Source: Pseudomonadota bacterium
Lineage (GTDB): Bacteria > Pseudomonadota > Alphaproteobacteria > Rhodospirillales > Casp-alpha2
Direction: 5' to 3'
Length of the DNA stretch: 64,000 nucleotides
NCBI GenBank assembly: GCA_036337015.1
Contig: JAYZEZ010000007.1
Span: 553,413 to 617,412, forward strand
Positions 40,009 to 50,599 of this stretch are shown here, one piece after another. Positions within the stretch are counted from its first letter, which is position 1. The number at the start of each line of letters is the position of its first letter. The notes beneath the pieces were generated by a model. The model ran no database searches, had not been told where the DNA came from, and saw only the letters and a program-made list of their open reading frames with translations. The translations under genes and the position numbers were made by a program.

Positions 40009-42966
40009 ATGACTTTAAACAAAAATCAATTAGCCCGCTGCCTTAAGATGGAATTAGAGGGGGATACTTTATTCGACAAATTTAGTCGCGGACTTTATTC
40101 AACAGATGCTTCTCATTATCAAATAAACCCTATTGGTGTAGTAATTCCAAAATCTGCTGACGATATCAGTCAAATCATCACAATTGCCGCTCAATTTAAA
40201 GCTCCTATATTACCCCGTGGTAGCGGCACATCGCAATGCGGGCAAACAGTTGGAAAAGCGATTGTTATTGATACCTCCAAACACCTTAATAAAATTCTCG
40301 AATTTAATGCGCTAGAGCGAACAATTTGGGTTGAGCCAGGATTAGTATTAGATAAATTAAATGCCTTCCTTAAACCACATGACTTATGGTTCCCTGTAGA
40401 TGTATCTACGTCCAGCCGCGCTACTATAGGTGGAATGGCTGGAAATAATAGCTGTGGCGCTCGTTCTATTCGCTATGGTCCTATGCGGGATAACGTCAGG
40501 GCCATAGATGCTGTGCTTATGAACGGAGAATCCATGCGCTTCGGTGAATTGTCTGGAAATCAGGCTGCTGCAAAAATGACTGATAGCCAACACACACTTA
40601 TTTCTAAGCTTTTAGATATTGGGCACCGCGAAGCCGAGGAAATTAATCACTGTTTTCCTAAACTTATGCGACGTGTTGGAGGTTATAATATAGATGCGCT
40701 TATGCCTAATGGCCCACCTAATAACAAATGGACACAAGAAACTACCGCAAACCCTGCACAGCATCCTAATTTAGCACATTTGTTAATTGGCTCAGAGGGC
40801 ACACTAGCTTTTTCAAATCGCATACAACTAATCTTGCAACCAATACCTCAAAATAAAGTACTAGGAGTTTGCCATTTTCCAACATTTCATCAAGCAATGG
40901 ATTCTGCTCGTCATATAGTAAAATTAAAACCAACAGCTGTGGAACTAGTTGACCGAACAATGATTGATTTGGCTCGAGATATTCCTATTTTTAAATCAAC
41001 TGTGGAAAAATTTGTTTATGGCGAACCAGACGCCCTTTTATTAGTAGAGTTTTCCGGAGATGACTTCAAAAAACAATTGAATAGTTTAAGCCGGCTTTGT
41101 GATTTAATGGGTGACTTAGGTTTTGCCGATTCCGTAGTAGAGGCTATTAACCCTGACTTCCAAGCTGCCATTTGGGAAGTCCGCAAATCTGGACTTAATA
41201 TAATGATGTCTATGAAAGGAGATGGAAAGCCAATTTCATTTATTGAAGACTGTGCGGTTAAGCTTGAAGACCTTGCGGAATACACTGCTAGATTGACTGA
41301 TGTCTTTAAAAAACATGGCACTTCTGGAACCTGGTACGCACATGCATCCGTTGGGTGCTTGCATGTTCGGCCCATCATTAACTTAAAATCTGAGGTTGGT
41401 GCAAAAAAAATGAGAGCTATTGCTGAGGAGGCCTTTGCAATGGTGCGTGATTATAAAGGCTCCCATTCTGGTGAGCATGGTGATGGCCTTGTTCGATCTG
41501 AATTTCACGAATCAATGTTCGGCAATCGCATTACTACGGCTTTTGAGGCCGTTAAAGATATTTTTGACCCGACTGGCTTGTTTAATCCAGGAAAAATTGT
41601 ACGGCCTAGTAAAATGGACGACCGAAATCTTTTTAGATTCAAACCTGAATATAAAACTATCTCTCTTAACACAGCTTTTGATTGGTCAATCTGGGGCGGG
41701 TTTAGTGGAGCCGTTGAAATGTGCAACAACAATGGTGCTTGTAGAAAACGTGATGCGGGAGTGATGTGCCCTTCATATCGAGCTACGGGAGATGAAAAAC
41801 ACCTAACCCGAGGCCGAGCAAATACCCTCAGACTTGCTCTTTCAGGACAATTAGGTAGTGATGCATTCACATCAAAAGAGTTGTTTGAAACAATGAAGCT
41901 TTGTATCGGATGCAAGGGCTGTAAAAGGGAATGTCCCACAGGAGTAGATATGGCGAAAATGAAAACAGAATTTCTTTTTCATTTTAACAAGAACCACAGA
42001 CTTCGTATATTTGATCACTTAGTCGCCTACCTACCTCGGTACGCACCAATAGCTTCAAAAATAGGTTTTTTGCTAAATTTACGCGATAAAATTTCAGGAT
42101 TAGCCGTGCTAAGCGAACTGCTAATTGGTTTTAGTCGTAAAAGAACATTGCCAAAGTGGCACAGCCAACCTTTCAATATTTCTGAGGTCAATCCGAAAGA
42201 AAGTAACTGTAACAAAAAAGAGGTCGTTCTATGGATAGATACTTTTAATACATGGTTTGAGCCCGAAAATGCCCGAGCAGCTTTAAACGTACTCTATGAA
42301 AGCGGTTATCGGGTCCATGTTCCATTCAGCTTAAACAATGAACGCCCTCTTTGTTGTGGCCGCACCTTCTTGTCCACAGGCCTAGTAGAAGAAGCAAAAT
42401 TCGAAGCCCAACGTATGATTAGTGCGCTTAAACCTTTTGTTGAACGAAATATTCCAATCATAGGTCTTGAGCCTTCTTGTCTTTTAACAATGCGGGACGA
42501 GTTTCAAGCAATGCTGCCCGGTGAAGAAAGTGACGCATTAGCCAAAAACACTTTTTTATTTGAAGAGTTTCTTGCTCGCGAGATAGAAGCCGATGGAATC
42601 CAAATTCCACTAAAAAGCATAGACGCCTCAAAGATTTTAATACATGGACATTGTCACCAAAAAGCCTTCGATACTCTAGAGGACCTTGAAAAAACCGTTC
42701 GTTTGCTACCAGACATTGAAGTCAAGACTATTGCATCTGGGTGTTGTGGCATGGCGGGTTCCTTTGGATATGACGCTTCTAATTATAATATTTCAATGAA
42801 GATAGCTGAAGAAAGTCTACTGCCTGCCATCCGTGATATTGCAGCGAATAATAATAAAACACTAATTATCGCAGGTGGAACAAGCTGCCGACATCAAATC
42901 AATGATGGAACAAACAAAAAAGCTATACATGTCGCTCGCCTCCTTGAAAGCGCATTGGATATTTAA
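40009..42966 (+). CDS. FAD-linked oxidase fused to Fe-S / CCG domains (YdiJ-like, candidate D-2-hydroxyacid dehydrogenase)
   Basis: 985 aa. N-terminal FAD-binding PCMH domain (PRGSGTS), two 4Fe-4S Cys clusters (CNNNGACRKRDAGVMCP and CIGCKGCKRECP), and two C-terminal CCG motifs (CCGRTF and CCGMAGSFG). Confidence 0.85.
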   Translation: MTLNKNQLARCLKMELEGDTLFDKFSRGLYSTDASHYQINPIGVVIPKSADDISQIITIAAQFKAPILPRGSGTSQCGQTVGKAIVIDTSKHLNKILEFNALERTIWVEPGLVLDKLNAFLKPHDLWFPVDVSTSSRATIGGMAGNNSCGARSIRYGPMRDNVRAIDAVLMNGESMRFGELSGNQAAAKMTDSQHTLISKLLDIGHREAEEINHCFPKLMRRVGGYNIDALMPNGPPNNKWTQETTANPAQHPNLAHLLIGSEGTLAFSNRIQLILQPIPQNKVLGVCHFPTFHQAMDSARHIVKLKPTAVELVDRTMIDLARDIPIFKSTVEKFVYGEPDALLLVEFSGDDFKKQLNSLSRLCDLMGDLGFADSVVEAINPDFQAAIWEVRKSGLNIMMSMKGDGKPISFIEDCAVKLEDLAEYTARLTDVFKKHGTSGTWYAHASVGCLHVRPIINLKSEVGAKKMRAIAEEAFAMVRDYKGSHSGEHGDGLVRSEFHESMFGNRITTAFEAVKDIFDPTGLFNPGKIVRPSKMDDRNLFRFKPEYKTISLNTAFDWSIWGGFSGAVEMCNNNGACRKRDAGVMCPSYRATGDEKHLTRGRANTLRLALSGQLGSDAFTSKELFETMKLCIGCKGCKRECPTGVDMAKMKTEFLFHFNKNHRLRIFDHLVAYLPRYAPIASKIGFLLNLRDKISGLAVLSELLIGFSRKRTLPKWHSQPFNISEVNPKESNCNKKEVVLWIDTFNTWFEPENARAALNVLYESGYRVHVPFSLNNERPLCCGRTFLSTGLVEEAKFEAQRMISALKPFVERNIPIIGLEPSCLLTMRDEFQAMLPGEESDALAKNTFLFEEFLAREIEADGIQIPLKSIDASKILIHGHCHQKAFDTLEDLEKTVRLLPDIEVKTIASGCCGMAGSFGYDASNYNISMKIAEESLLPAIRDIAANNNKTLIIAGGTSCRHQINDGTNKKAIHVARLLESALDI

Positions 42967-42972
42967 AAAGCT

Positions 42973-43638
42973 ATGGCTGAGAACAAAACAGAACAAACAA
43001 CACTTCACAATAATGTTGTAGAATCTATACGTGATTTAATCTTTGAAGGAGAATTAATAGGCGGCCAAAGAATACCTGAAAAACTAATTTGTAAAAAATT
43101 ATCTATTTCACGCACACCCTTACGTGAAGCCTTAAAGGTATTAGCTTCAGAACAGTTAATAACACTTTTGCCCAATCGTGGCGCGAGGGTAAATAGATTA
43201 AAGGGAAAAGATATTGATGATATGTTTCCTGTAATGGGAGCACTAGAGGCTCTTGCGGGAGAATTGGCTTGCAAAGAAATAAGTGACGCTCAAATCGACG
43301 AAATCCGGTCTCTTCACTACCAAATGTCTGCAGACCACAAAAATGGAAATCTCAATAATTATTTTGAACTAAACCAAAGAATTCATGCTGCTATAATGGC
43401 TGCAACCAAAAATACTACCATTTGTGAATTATATTCATTGCTTGCAGGACGAATACGCATTGCCCGTTATCGAGCTAACTTTTCAAAAAACCGTTGGGAT
43501 CAAGCTATGGCTGAACATGAAAAAATTTTAGATGCATTATCAAAACGAGATTCATCTAGATTGACCAAAATATTAAGAACGCATCTGGAAAAAACTTGTG
43601 AAACAGTTAAGTCTGTAATCGAAAAAGAATCTTTTTAA
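42973..43638 (+). CDS. GntR family transcriptional regulator (FadR/FCD subfamily)
   Basis: Winged-HTH ISRTPLREALKVLASEQLI with an all-helical FCD-like C-terminal domain. 6 nt downstream of the YdiJ-like gene. Confidence 0.88.
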   Translation: MAENKTEQTTLHNNVVESIRDLIFEGELIGGQRIPEKLICKKLSISRTPLREALKVLASEQLITLLPNRGARVNRLKGKDIDDMFPVMGALEALAGELACKEISDAQIDEIRSLHYQMSADHKNGNLNNYFELNQRIHAAIMAATKNTTICELYSLLAGRIRIARYRANFSKNRWDQAMAEHEKILDALSKRDSSRLTKILRTHLEKTCETVKSVIEKESF

Positions 43639-43649
43639 GAGCCTAAGCA

Positions 43650-46067
43650 TTAGCCCCGGAGCAATCCTCCAGTAATTTTTTTGACATTAACAACAATCTT
43701 TTCAGCAAGAGAGTCTATTTCTGCATCTGTTAACGTTTTATCTTTTGGCTGAAAAACAACGGTGACAGCCAAGGATTTCTTACCAACATCTAATTCACCC
43801 CCGCGAAACACGTCAAATAAAGATACATCAGTTATCAATTTTTTGTCTGCACCACGAACTGCTCTTAAGGCCTGCTCTGCAGTTACATCTTCATCAACAA
43901 CAAAAGCAAAGTCACGTTTTACAGCTTGGTATTGAGATAACTCTATATGTGGTCGTGCTTTGCTTTTTTTATCCTTTTTTACTGGCAAGGAATCTAAAAA
44001 TACTTCAAAACCGTATACAATTCCTTTAACACCAAATTCTTGTAAAACGCCTGGATGAATTTCTCCAAAATGAGCTATGACCTGTTTTGGCCCCAGCCTG
44101 AGTAAACCACTATGCCCTGGGTGATACCAACTAGGTGCTTCAGCAATAGCTTCGACTTTTTCAACAGAAACTCCAGCTCCACCTAAAATATCAAGTGCAT
44201 CGGCTTTGACGTCAAATACGTCTACTGGTTGATGAACTCCGCTCCAGTGTCTCCCGCCAGATTGATCAAACCGAACTCCAGCCACAACAATATCTTGATC
44301 TTCTGGCTTGTCGCCAGTAAACCTCGGACCTATTTCAAAAATTGATACAACATCACTTCCACGATCAAAATTACGGCCAACCGCTGTTATCAAATTCGGT
44401 AATAAAGAAGGACGTAAATAGTCTAAGTCTGAACTTATGGGATTTATTAATTTTAAACTTTCTAGCCCACCCCCAAAAAGTGAAGCGTGTTTATTGCAAA
44501 TAAAAGAATATGTCACAACCTCTGTTAACCCCCGCCCAGCAAGGCGACGTCGCGCTAGGAAACAACGACGTTGATCAAGGTTAAGGGCTGGACTTGGCAG
44601 GTTATTAACACTTTCCATAGAAACAGCTGGAATTTTATCATAACCGTAAATTCTAATAACCTCCTCAACCAGACACGCCTCACCCACAATATCAGGCCGC
44701 CACGAAGGCACATGAACTTGAAGTAAAGACTCTTTATTTTCTTTGATCTCCTTAAAGTCAAAACCAAGTGCAGATAAAATTTCCTTAACGATAGAAGCTT
44801 TTAGTTTTATCCCACCAAAATTTTCAATCCGATGTAGTCTTAGTTTTATTTTTCTTTCCCACTTCGGTTCTTCTCCCGCAAAAACTAATTCAGAGGGCTT
44901 GCCACCACATATTTCAAGAATCAAACGAGTAGCTATTTCCATACCATGGACTAAAAATTTAGGGTCAACGGTACGTTCGAATCTATACCTAGCATCGGAT
45001 AAAATATTTAATTTACGACCTGTTCTAGCTGTGCGAATAGGATTAAAATAAGCTGATTCTATAAAGACATCTTTAGAATCATTATTGCAGCCCGAATCAG
45101 CTCCACCTATTATTCCTCCAAGCGCTTTTGGACCATTATCATCTGCAATAACAGTCATACTTGAATCAAGTTCGTATTCTTTTCCATCAAGTGCTAGGAA
45201 TTTTTCTCCGGATTTTGATATGCGAACTTGTAAGTCACCTTTTAAATTAGCAGCATCAAAAACATGTAGGGGCCTATTTAAATCTAATGTCATTAAATTA
45301 GTAATATCAACCAGCGAAGAAATAGGACGCAACCCCACTGCAATTAGCTTATCTTTTAGCCAATTTGGACTTTCTATATTTTTTACTTCACGGATAAATC
45401 TGCCAACAAAAAAAGGACACGCATTTTCGTAAGATTTTTTTAGATCTAAATTAACTCTAATTGGACTTCTAAATTTACCCTTCACAGGCGTTGTATCAAG
45501 CTGCTTTAAAATTCCAATGCCAGAAGCTGCCAAATCGCGAGCAACGCCTCGAACACCAAGACAATCACCTCTATTAGGGGTTATTTCGATTTCTATCACT
45601 GATTCCGATAGCCCCATTGCTTCAGCTGCACTAGTACCTGGCGCAAAATTTTCTACAAGCTCAATGATACCATCATGATCATCGCTAATATTAACTTCAC
45701 GTTCGGATAGCAACATGCCATTTGACAATACGCCACGGATTTTTGTTGGTTTAAGCAAAATACCAGTGCCTGGAATATAAGAACCAGATGGGGCAAAAAC
45801 ACCTAACATTCCCTTGCGAACATTAGGCGCTCCACAAACAACCTCAACTTTTTCGGTGCCAATATCAACTTGGCATATATGCAACCTATCGGCATCTGGA
45901 TGATTTTGCGTTTCTAAAACTTTGCCAACGACAAAATCTTTTAGGTCTCTTGATCTATCATGGACCTTATCAACCTCCAAACCAATCATTGTTAAACGCT
46001 CAACTATATCATCTAGGCAAGCACTAGTATCCAAGTGCTCTTTAAGCCACTGAAGAGTAAATTTCAT
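43650..46067 (-). CDS. pheT: phenylalanine-tRNA ligase beta subunit
   Basis: 805 aa. MKFTLQWLKEHLD N-terminus, tRNA-binding, B3/4 and B5 regions, and an FDX-ACB C-terminal domain. Confidence 0.95.
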   Translation of the reverse strand: MKFTLQWLKEHLDTSACLDDIVERLTMIGLEVDKVHDRSRDLKDFVVGKVLETQNHPDADRLHICQVDIGTEKVEVVCGAPNVRKGMLGVFAPSGSYIPGTGILLKPTKIRGVLSNGMLLSEREVNISDDHDGIIELVENFAPGTSAAEAMGLSESVIEIEITPNRGDCLGVRGVARDLAASGIGILKQLDTTPVKGKFRSPIRVNLDLKKSYENACPFFVGRFIREVKNIESPNWLKDKLIAVGLRPISSLVDITNLMTLDLNRPLHVFDAANLKGDLQVRISKSGEKFLALDGKEYELDSSMTVIADDNGPKALGGIIGGADSGCNNDSKDVFIESAYFNPIRTARTGRKLNILSDARYRFERTVDPKFLVHGMEIATRLILEICGGKPSELVFAGEEPKWERKIKLRLHRIENFGGIKLKASIVKEILSALGFDFKEIKENKESLLQVHVPSWRPDIVGEACLVEEVIRIYGYDKIPAVSMESVNNLPSPALNLDQRRCFLARRRLAGRGLTEVVTYSFICNKHASLFGGGLESLKLINPISSDLDYLRPSLLPNLITAVGRNFDRGSDVVSIFEIGPRFTGDKPEDQDIVVAGVRFDQSGGRHWSGVHQPVDVFDVKADALDILGGAGVSVEKVEAIAEAPSWYHPGHSGLLRLGPKQVIAHFGEIHPGVLQEFGVKGIVYGFEVFLDSLPVKKDKKSKARPHIELSQYQAVKRDFAFVVDEDVTAEQALRAVRGADKKLITDVSLFDVFRGGELDVGKKSLAVTVVFQPKDKTLTDAEIDSLAEKIVVNVKKITGGLLRG

Positions 46068-46070
46068 TAA

Positions 46071-47141
46071 TTAAATTCCTCTAACCATGGATGGCATTTC
46101 AAGGGAACTAAACCCATAATGGCGAAGCCACCTAAGATCAGATTCGTAAAAAGTACGTAGGTCTGAAATACCATATTTTAGCATGGCCAAGCGTTCTACA
46201 CCCATACCAAATGCAAACCCCTGAAATTCTTGTGGGTTAATATTGCAGTTCTGTAGAACTTTTTCATTTACCATCCCGCAACCAAGTATCTCAAGCCAGT
46301 CATCTCCATGGCCTATACGAAATTCACCTCCTGTACGGGTACAGCCAATATCAACCTCAGCAGAGGGCTCTGTAAATGGAAAATAGCTGGGCCTAAAACG
46401 CACAGGCAAGTCATCAACTCCGAAAAAAGCCCTGCAAAAATCTATAAGACAACCCTTTAAATGTCCCATATGTGTATTTTTATCAACAACCAGCCCTTCA
46501 ACCTGATGAAACATTGGGGAATGGGTGGCGTCATAATCACAACGATACGTTCGACCAGGAACAATTATTCGGATCGGTGGCTTTGAATGCATCATGGTAC
46601 GTATTTGAACAGGTGAAGTATGAGTACGAAGCACAAGACGATCATCCTCGCCTTGTCCCGGCAAATAAAAAGTATCATGTTCTTGGCGGGCTGGATGATC
46701 AGGTGGAATATTAAGTGCCGTAAAATTGTGCCAATCATCTTCAATATCGGGCCCTTCGGAAACACACAATCCAAACTCCCCCAAAATTGCTATCACTTCA
46801 TCTATTGTTTGACTAATGGGATGAATATATCCTTCGTACTCAGGACGAACAGGAAGTGATACATCAACTTTTTCATTGGCTAGTTTGTCCTCAAGTTCGG
46901 AATCAACAAATGCTATTTTTTTTCGTTCTATAGCTTTTAAAACGTCCTGCTTAAGCGTGTTTAAAGCTAGTCCAACTTGTTTTCGTTCATTTCCTTCAAG
47001 ACGACCTAGATCTTTCATTAGCCCTGTAATTTTACCCGTCTTGCCAAGAACAGAAACTCTAATTCTTTCAAGATCGTCTAGGTTAATTGCAGCTTCAAGG
47101 GAAGCCATAATTTCTGATCGAAGAGAATCCAATTCACTCAT
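46071..47141 (-). CDS. pheS: phenylalanine-tRNA ligase alpha subunit
   Basis: Class II motifs (HPARQEHDTFY, RTHTSPVQ, FGMGVERLAML). ATG at 47141 (MSELDSLR...) is preferred over the upstream start at 47198. Confidence 0.93.
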   Translation of the reverse strand: MSELDSLRSEIMASLEAAINLDDLERIRVSVLGKTGKITGLMKDLGRLEGNERKQVGLALNTLKQDVLKAIERKKIAFVDSELEDKLANEKVDVSLPVRPEYEGYIHPISQTIDEVIAILGEFGLCVSEGPDIEDDWHNFTALNIPPDHPARQEHDTFYLPGQGEDDRLVLRTHTSPVQIRTMMHSKPPIRIIVPGRTYRCDYDATHSPMFHQVEGLVVDKNTHMGHLKGCLIDFCRAFFGVDDLPVRFRPSYFPFTEPSAEVDIGCTRTGGEFRIGHGDDWLEILGCGMVNEKVLQNCNINPQEFQGFAFGMGVERLAMLKYGISDLRTFYESDLRWLRHYGFSSLEMPSMVRGI

Positions 47142-47226
47142 TTTGATTTTTTGCCCTAATAAATAGGAGCCGCCCCTTATCGCAAGGCCGGCTCCCAATT
47201 ATATACACTAAAGTTCCCTTTGGAGC

Positions 47227-47592
47227 TCAAGCGTCTTTAGAAAGAGCCAGCCGTGCTTGTTCTACAAGTGCTTTAAAAGCATCCGGCTCACGAATAGCAA
47301 GATCAGAAAGAATTTTTCTATCTATCTCTACTCCAGCCTTGCCCAATCCATTAATAAACTGCGAATAAGTCATACCATGTTCACGTGAACCAGCATTTAT
47401 ACGCTGTATCCAAAGAGCACGAAAAGACCGTTTCCTAGCTCGACGATCACGATAGGCATATTGAAGGCCTTTTTCTACTCGTTCAATTGCAACACGGAAA
47501 CTAGTGCTACTTCTACCTCGGTATCCTTTGGCACGATCAATAACTTTTTTGTGACGCGCATGCGTCGTAACACCCCGTTTAACACGTGACAT
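47227..47592 (-). CDS. rplT: 50S ribosomal protein L20
   Basis: [17 protein letters not shown]..., 121 aa. Confidence 0.97.
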   Translation of the reverse strand: MSRVKRGVTTHARHKKVIDRAKGYRGRSSTSFRVAIERVEKGLQYAYRDRRARKRSFRALWIQRINAGSREHGMTYSQFINGLGKAGVEIDRKILSDLAIREPDAFKALVEQARLALSKDA

Positions 47593-47608
47593 TTTATTTT
47601 AACTCCCC

Positions 47609-47806
47609 TCAACCGTATGGCAGGTATGACTTAACGATACGCGCATCGGCATCGGAAAGTATCATAGTCCCACGTGACTGACGTTTCATTTTCTGTGAAC
47701 GCTTTGATAAGCCGTGACGTTTAAATGCCGGGTTAGCTCTAACTTTTCCGCTACTAGTTAAGCGAAAACGCATTTTAGCACTAGATTTGGTCTTTAGTTT
47801 AGGCAT
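47609..47806 (-). CDS. rpmI: 50S ribosomal protein L35
   Basis: [14 protein letters not shown]... ATG at 47806 has an AAGGA Shine-Dalgarno 7 nt upstream. The ORF-track start at 47842 adds 12 non-homologous residues. Confidence 0.93.
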   Translation of the reverse strand: MPKLKTKSSAKMRFRLTSSGKVRANPAFKRHGLSKRSQKMKRQSRGTMILSDADARIVKSYLPYG

Positions 47807-47954
47807 TTCAAAATCCTTTTTACATGGGAACAGACTATTCATTTAATGAGTGAAAAGGCATGCCTTGGCCCAAATGCACTCGCGGGCGGTTTATAACCTT
47901 GTCTTCCAGTTATTGCAAGGTAACGCAAAAAGAAATCCAATAAGCAAGTTAAAA

Positions 47955-48491
47955 TCACTTAGGAGCAATTACCATGGTCATTAAGCGACCTTCACTTTTT
48001 GGAAATTGTTCTACCTTCGCAAGGTCAACCATATCGTCACACACCCTATCAAGAACCTTTTTGCCTAGTTCTTGATGAGCCATTTCTCTTCCCCTGAAAC
48101 GAATGGTCATTTTAACCTTATCACCATCTCCAATAAAACGTTGCACGCTCCGCATCTTAACTTGATAGTCATGCTCATCAATGCCAGGTCTCATTTTAAT
48201 TTCCTTAACATCAATGACCTTTTGCTTTTTACGTGCCTCATTAGCCTTTTTTTGGGCTTCATACTTATACTTTCCATAATCAAGAATTTTACATACTGGA
48301 GGATCCGCATTGGGCGAAATTTCGACCAGGTCGAGCCCCGCATCAACTGCCAATTCCAGTCCTTCTTCTTTGGAAACTATACCAACCATACCACCATCAG
48401 CATTTACTACACGAATGGGGTCGGCTTCTATAAACTCATTAACGCGCGGCCCAGTTCGGGCCGGTGTTTGATTAAGTGGTCGACGTGCTAT
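47955..48491 (-). CDS. infC: translation initiation factor IF-3, with non-canonical ATA start
   Basis: The frame is open upstream of the ORF-track Met and encodes (M)[39 protein letters not shown]..., a typical IF-3 N-terminus. ATA at 48491-48489 is preceded by AAGGAG with an 8-nt spacer, and an in-frame TAA lies 5 codons further up. Confidence 0.85.
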   Translation of the reverse strand: MARRPLNQTPARTGPRVNEFIEADPIRVVNADGGMVGIVSKEEGLELAVDAGLDLVEISPNADPPVCKILDYGKYKYEAQKKANEARKKQKVIDVKEIKMRPGIDEHDYQVKMRSVQRFIGDGDKVKMTIRFRGREMAHQELGKKVLDRVCDDMVDLAKVEQFPKSEGRLMTMVIAPK

Positions 48492-48520
48492 TGAACAATC
48501 TCCTTTTTAAACTACTAATT

Positions 48521-50509
48521 TCATTTTTTTCCAAGCGGACCTGCCGCTTCTTTACTCAGTCTAGCAACTGCCTCTTCAAGAGCAAGATTTTCTTGATCCT
48601 TTCCACCAAGGCGACGAATGGCAACATATCGAGTTTCAGACTCCTTTGTTCCAATTACGATAATAATTGGCACCTTAGCATGACTATGCTCTCTTATTTT
48701 ATAGTTAATTTTTTCATTTCGAACGTCCAATTCACAATTTAAACCGACTTCTTTTAACGCAGCCAAAACCTCAGCAGCATAATCATCTGCAAGATTGGTA
48801 ACAGTTGCAACGACGATCTGTACAGGTGCCAACCATAACGGAAATCGGCCTGCATAGTTTTCAATTAAAATACCAATGAACCGTTCAAAAGAGCCAAGAA
48901 TAGCTCTATGTAACATTACTGGACGATGCTTATCACCATCCTCGCCAATATACGTAGCATCAAGACGTTCAGGTAGAACGAAATCAACCTGAAGGGTGCC
49001 ACACTGCCAATCACGACCAATGGCGTCTCGTAAAACAAACTCTAACTTTGGTCCATAAAATGCACCTTCACCTGGATTCATTAATAGTTCAACTCCGGCA
49101 ACTTGCGTAGCATCCAGTAGCGCTTTTTCAGCCCGATCCCACACCTCATCAGAACCTGCACGCACCTCTGGACGATCAGAAAACTTAATGACAAATTCTT
49201 TAAATCCAAAATCTTGATAGATAGAGGAAAGAAGTTCAATAAATATTTTAGTTTCAGATTCTATCTGACCATTTGTACAAAAAATATGCGCATCATCTTG
49301 AGTAAAAGCACGAACGCGCATTAGACCATGTAGCGCACCTGAAGGCTCGTAACGATGACAAGAACCAAATTCTGCCATGCGAATTGGGAGCTCTCTATAA
49401 CTTGTAACGCCTTGCTTAAAAATTTGAACATGACATGGACAATTCATGGGCTTTAAAGCTAAAAATTTACGAGCTAGGCTTTCACTACAGACAGCCGATT
49501 TTTTAGCATGGGAAGAAGCGGTGTTCTCACCAACACTTTCATCTACTTCCGTGATGAACATGTGTTCCCTGAACTTTTCCCAATGTCCGGAAGCTTCCCA
49601 TAATGTTCGGTCCACTAGTTGCGGTGTATTTACTTCAACATATCCGCCGCCTGTTAGTCTTTGACGCATATATTTTTGTACTGTTTGGTATAACGTCCAA
49701 CCTTTAGGGTGCCAAAACACAGAACCTATCGCCACATCTTGCATATGAAATAAGTTCATCTCTCTACCAAGTCGCCGATGATCTCGTTTTTCAGCTTCTT
49801 CAAGCATACTTAAATACTGTTCAAGTTGCTTCTTATCAAACCAGGCAGTGCCATAAATTCGTTGTAGCATGACATTATCGGAGTTTCCTCGCCAATAAGC
49901 ACCCGCCAACTTCATAAGCTTAAATGCTTTCCCCACCTTCCCAGTGGATGGCAGATGGGGACCGCGACACATGTCAAACCACTCACCCTGACTATAAATA
50001 CTAATTTCCTCATCTTCAGGAATTGACTCGATTAATTCAGCTTTAAACGCTTCCCCTTTTTCTTTAAATGCTGTAATTGCATTTTTCCTACTTAAAATTT
50101 TACGCTTAAATGGCTCATTTCGATCAATGATCTCTGACATTTTTTTTTCAATTGTTTCTAAATCATCTGGCGTAAAGGGAACTTCGCGCGCAAAATCATA
50201 ATAGAAACCATTTTCAATAGCGGGACCAATGGTCACCTGTGTTCCAGGAAATAACGCTTGCACAGCTTCAGCCATAACGTGGGCAGCATCGTGCCTAATT
50301 AATTCCAAAGCACACTCATCTTTTGCTGTAATGATTGCAACCTCAGAATCATCCTCAATAATTATGCCTAAATCCTTAATTTGGCCATTAACGCGTACAG
50401 CCAATGCCGCCTTTGCTAGTCCAGGTCCTATATCAGCCGCTAATTCAGCACCAGTCACTGGGCCGTCAAATTTACGTTTGCTACTATCTGGTAAAGTAAT
50501 TGCAACCAT
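48521..50509 (-). CDS. thrS: threonine-tRNA ligase
   Basis: 662 aa. TGS N-terminus, editing domain ([11 protein letters not shown]), class II core and an anticodon-binding domain. Confidence 0.96.
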   Translation of the reverse strand: MVAITLPDSSKRKFDGPVTGAELAADIGPGLAKAALAVRVNGQIKDLGIIIEDDSEVAIITAKDECALELIRHDAAHVMAEAVQALFPGTQVTIGPAIENGFYYDFAREVPFTPDDLETIEKKMSEIIDRNEPFKRKILSRKNAITAFKEKGEAFKAELIESIPEDEEISIYSQGEWFDMCRGPHLPSTGKVGKAFKLMKLAGAYWRGNSDNVMLQRIYGTAWFDKKQLEQYLSMLEEAEKRDHRRLGREMNLFHMQDVAIGSVFWHPKGWTLYQTVQKYMRQRLTGGGYVEVNTPQLVDRTLWEASGHWEKFREHMFITEVDESVGENTASSHAKKSAVCSESLARKFLALKPMNCPCHVQIFKQGVTSYRELPIRMAEFGSCHRYEPSGALHGLMRVRAFTQDDAHIFCTNGQIESETKIFIELLSSIYQDFGFKEFVIKFSDRPEVRAGSDEVWDRAEKALLDATQVAGVELLMNPGEGAFYGPKLEFVLRDAIGRDWQCGTLQVDFVLPERLDATYIGEDGDKHRPVMLHRAILGSFERFIGILIENYAGRFPLWLAPVQIVVATVTNLADDYAAEVLAALKEVGLNCELDVRNEKINYKIREHSHAKVPIIIVIGTKESETRYVAIRRLGGKDQENLALEEAVARLSKEAAGPLGKK

Positions 50510-50599
50510 GCGAATCAGGCACTCAAAGCTTTGAAAGCTACATCCATATTTAAGCGAATTTCAAACTCTATCAAGTTTACAACCTTTATTCTTAATTTT

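Noticed and set aside
47843-47954. Possible L20-binding translational operator in the infC-rpmI spacer (palindrome AAGGCATGCCTT and a CCTTG...CAAGG stem)
   Set aside because: The stems are only 4-5 bp, and I cannot match them to the E. coli pseudoknot or the Firmicute L20-leader models by eye. This needs a covariance-model search.
50523-50534. 12-bp palindrome TCAAAGCTTTGA, 14-25 nt upstream of the thrS start, considered as a ThrRS operator
   Set aside because: It is short, could form only a 4-bp stem, shows no tRNA-Thr anticodon-loop mimicry, and could arise by chance. There is not enough evidence for a regulatory call.
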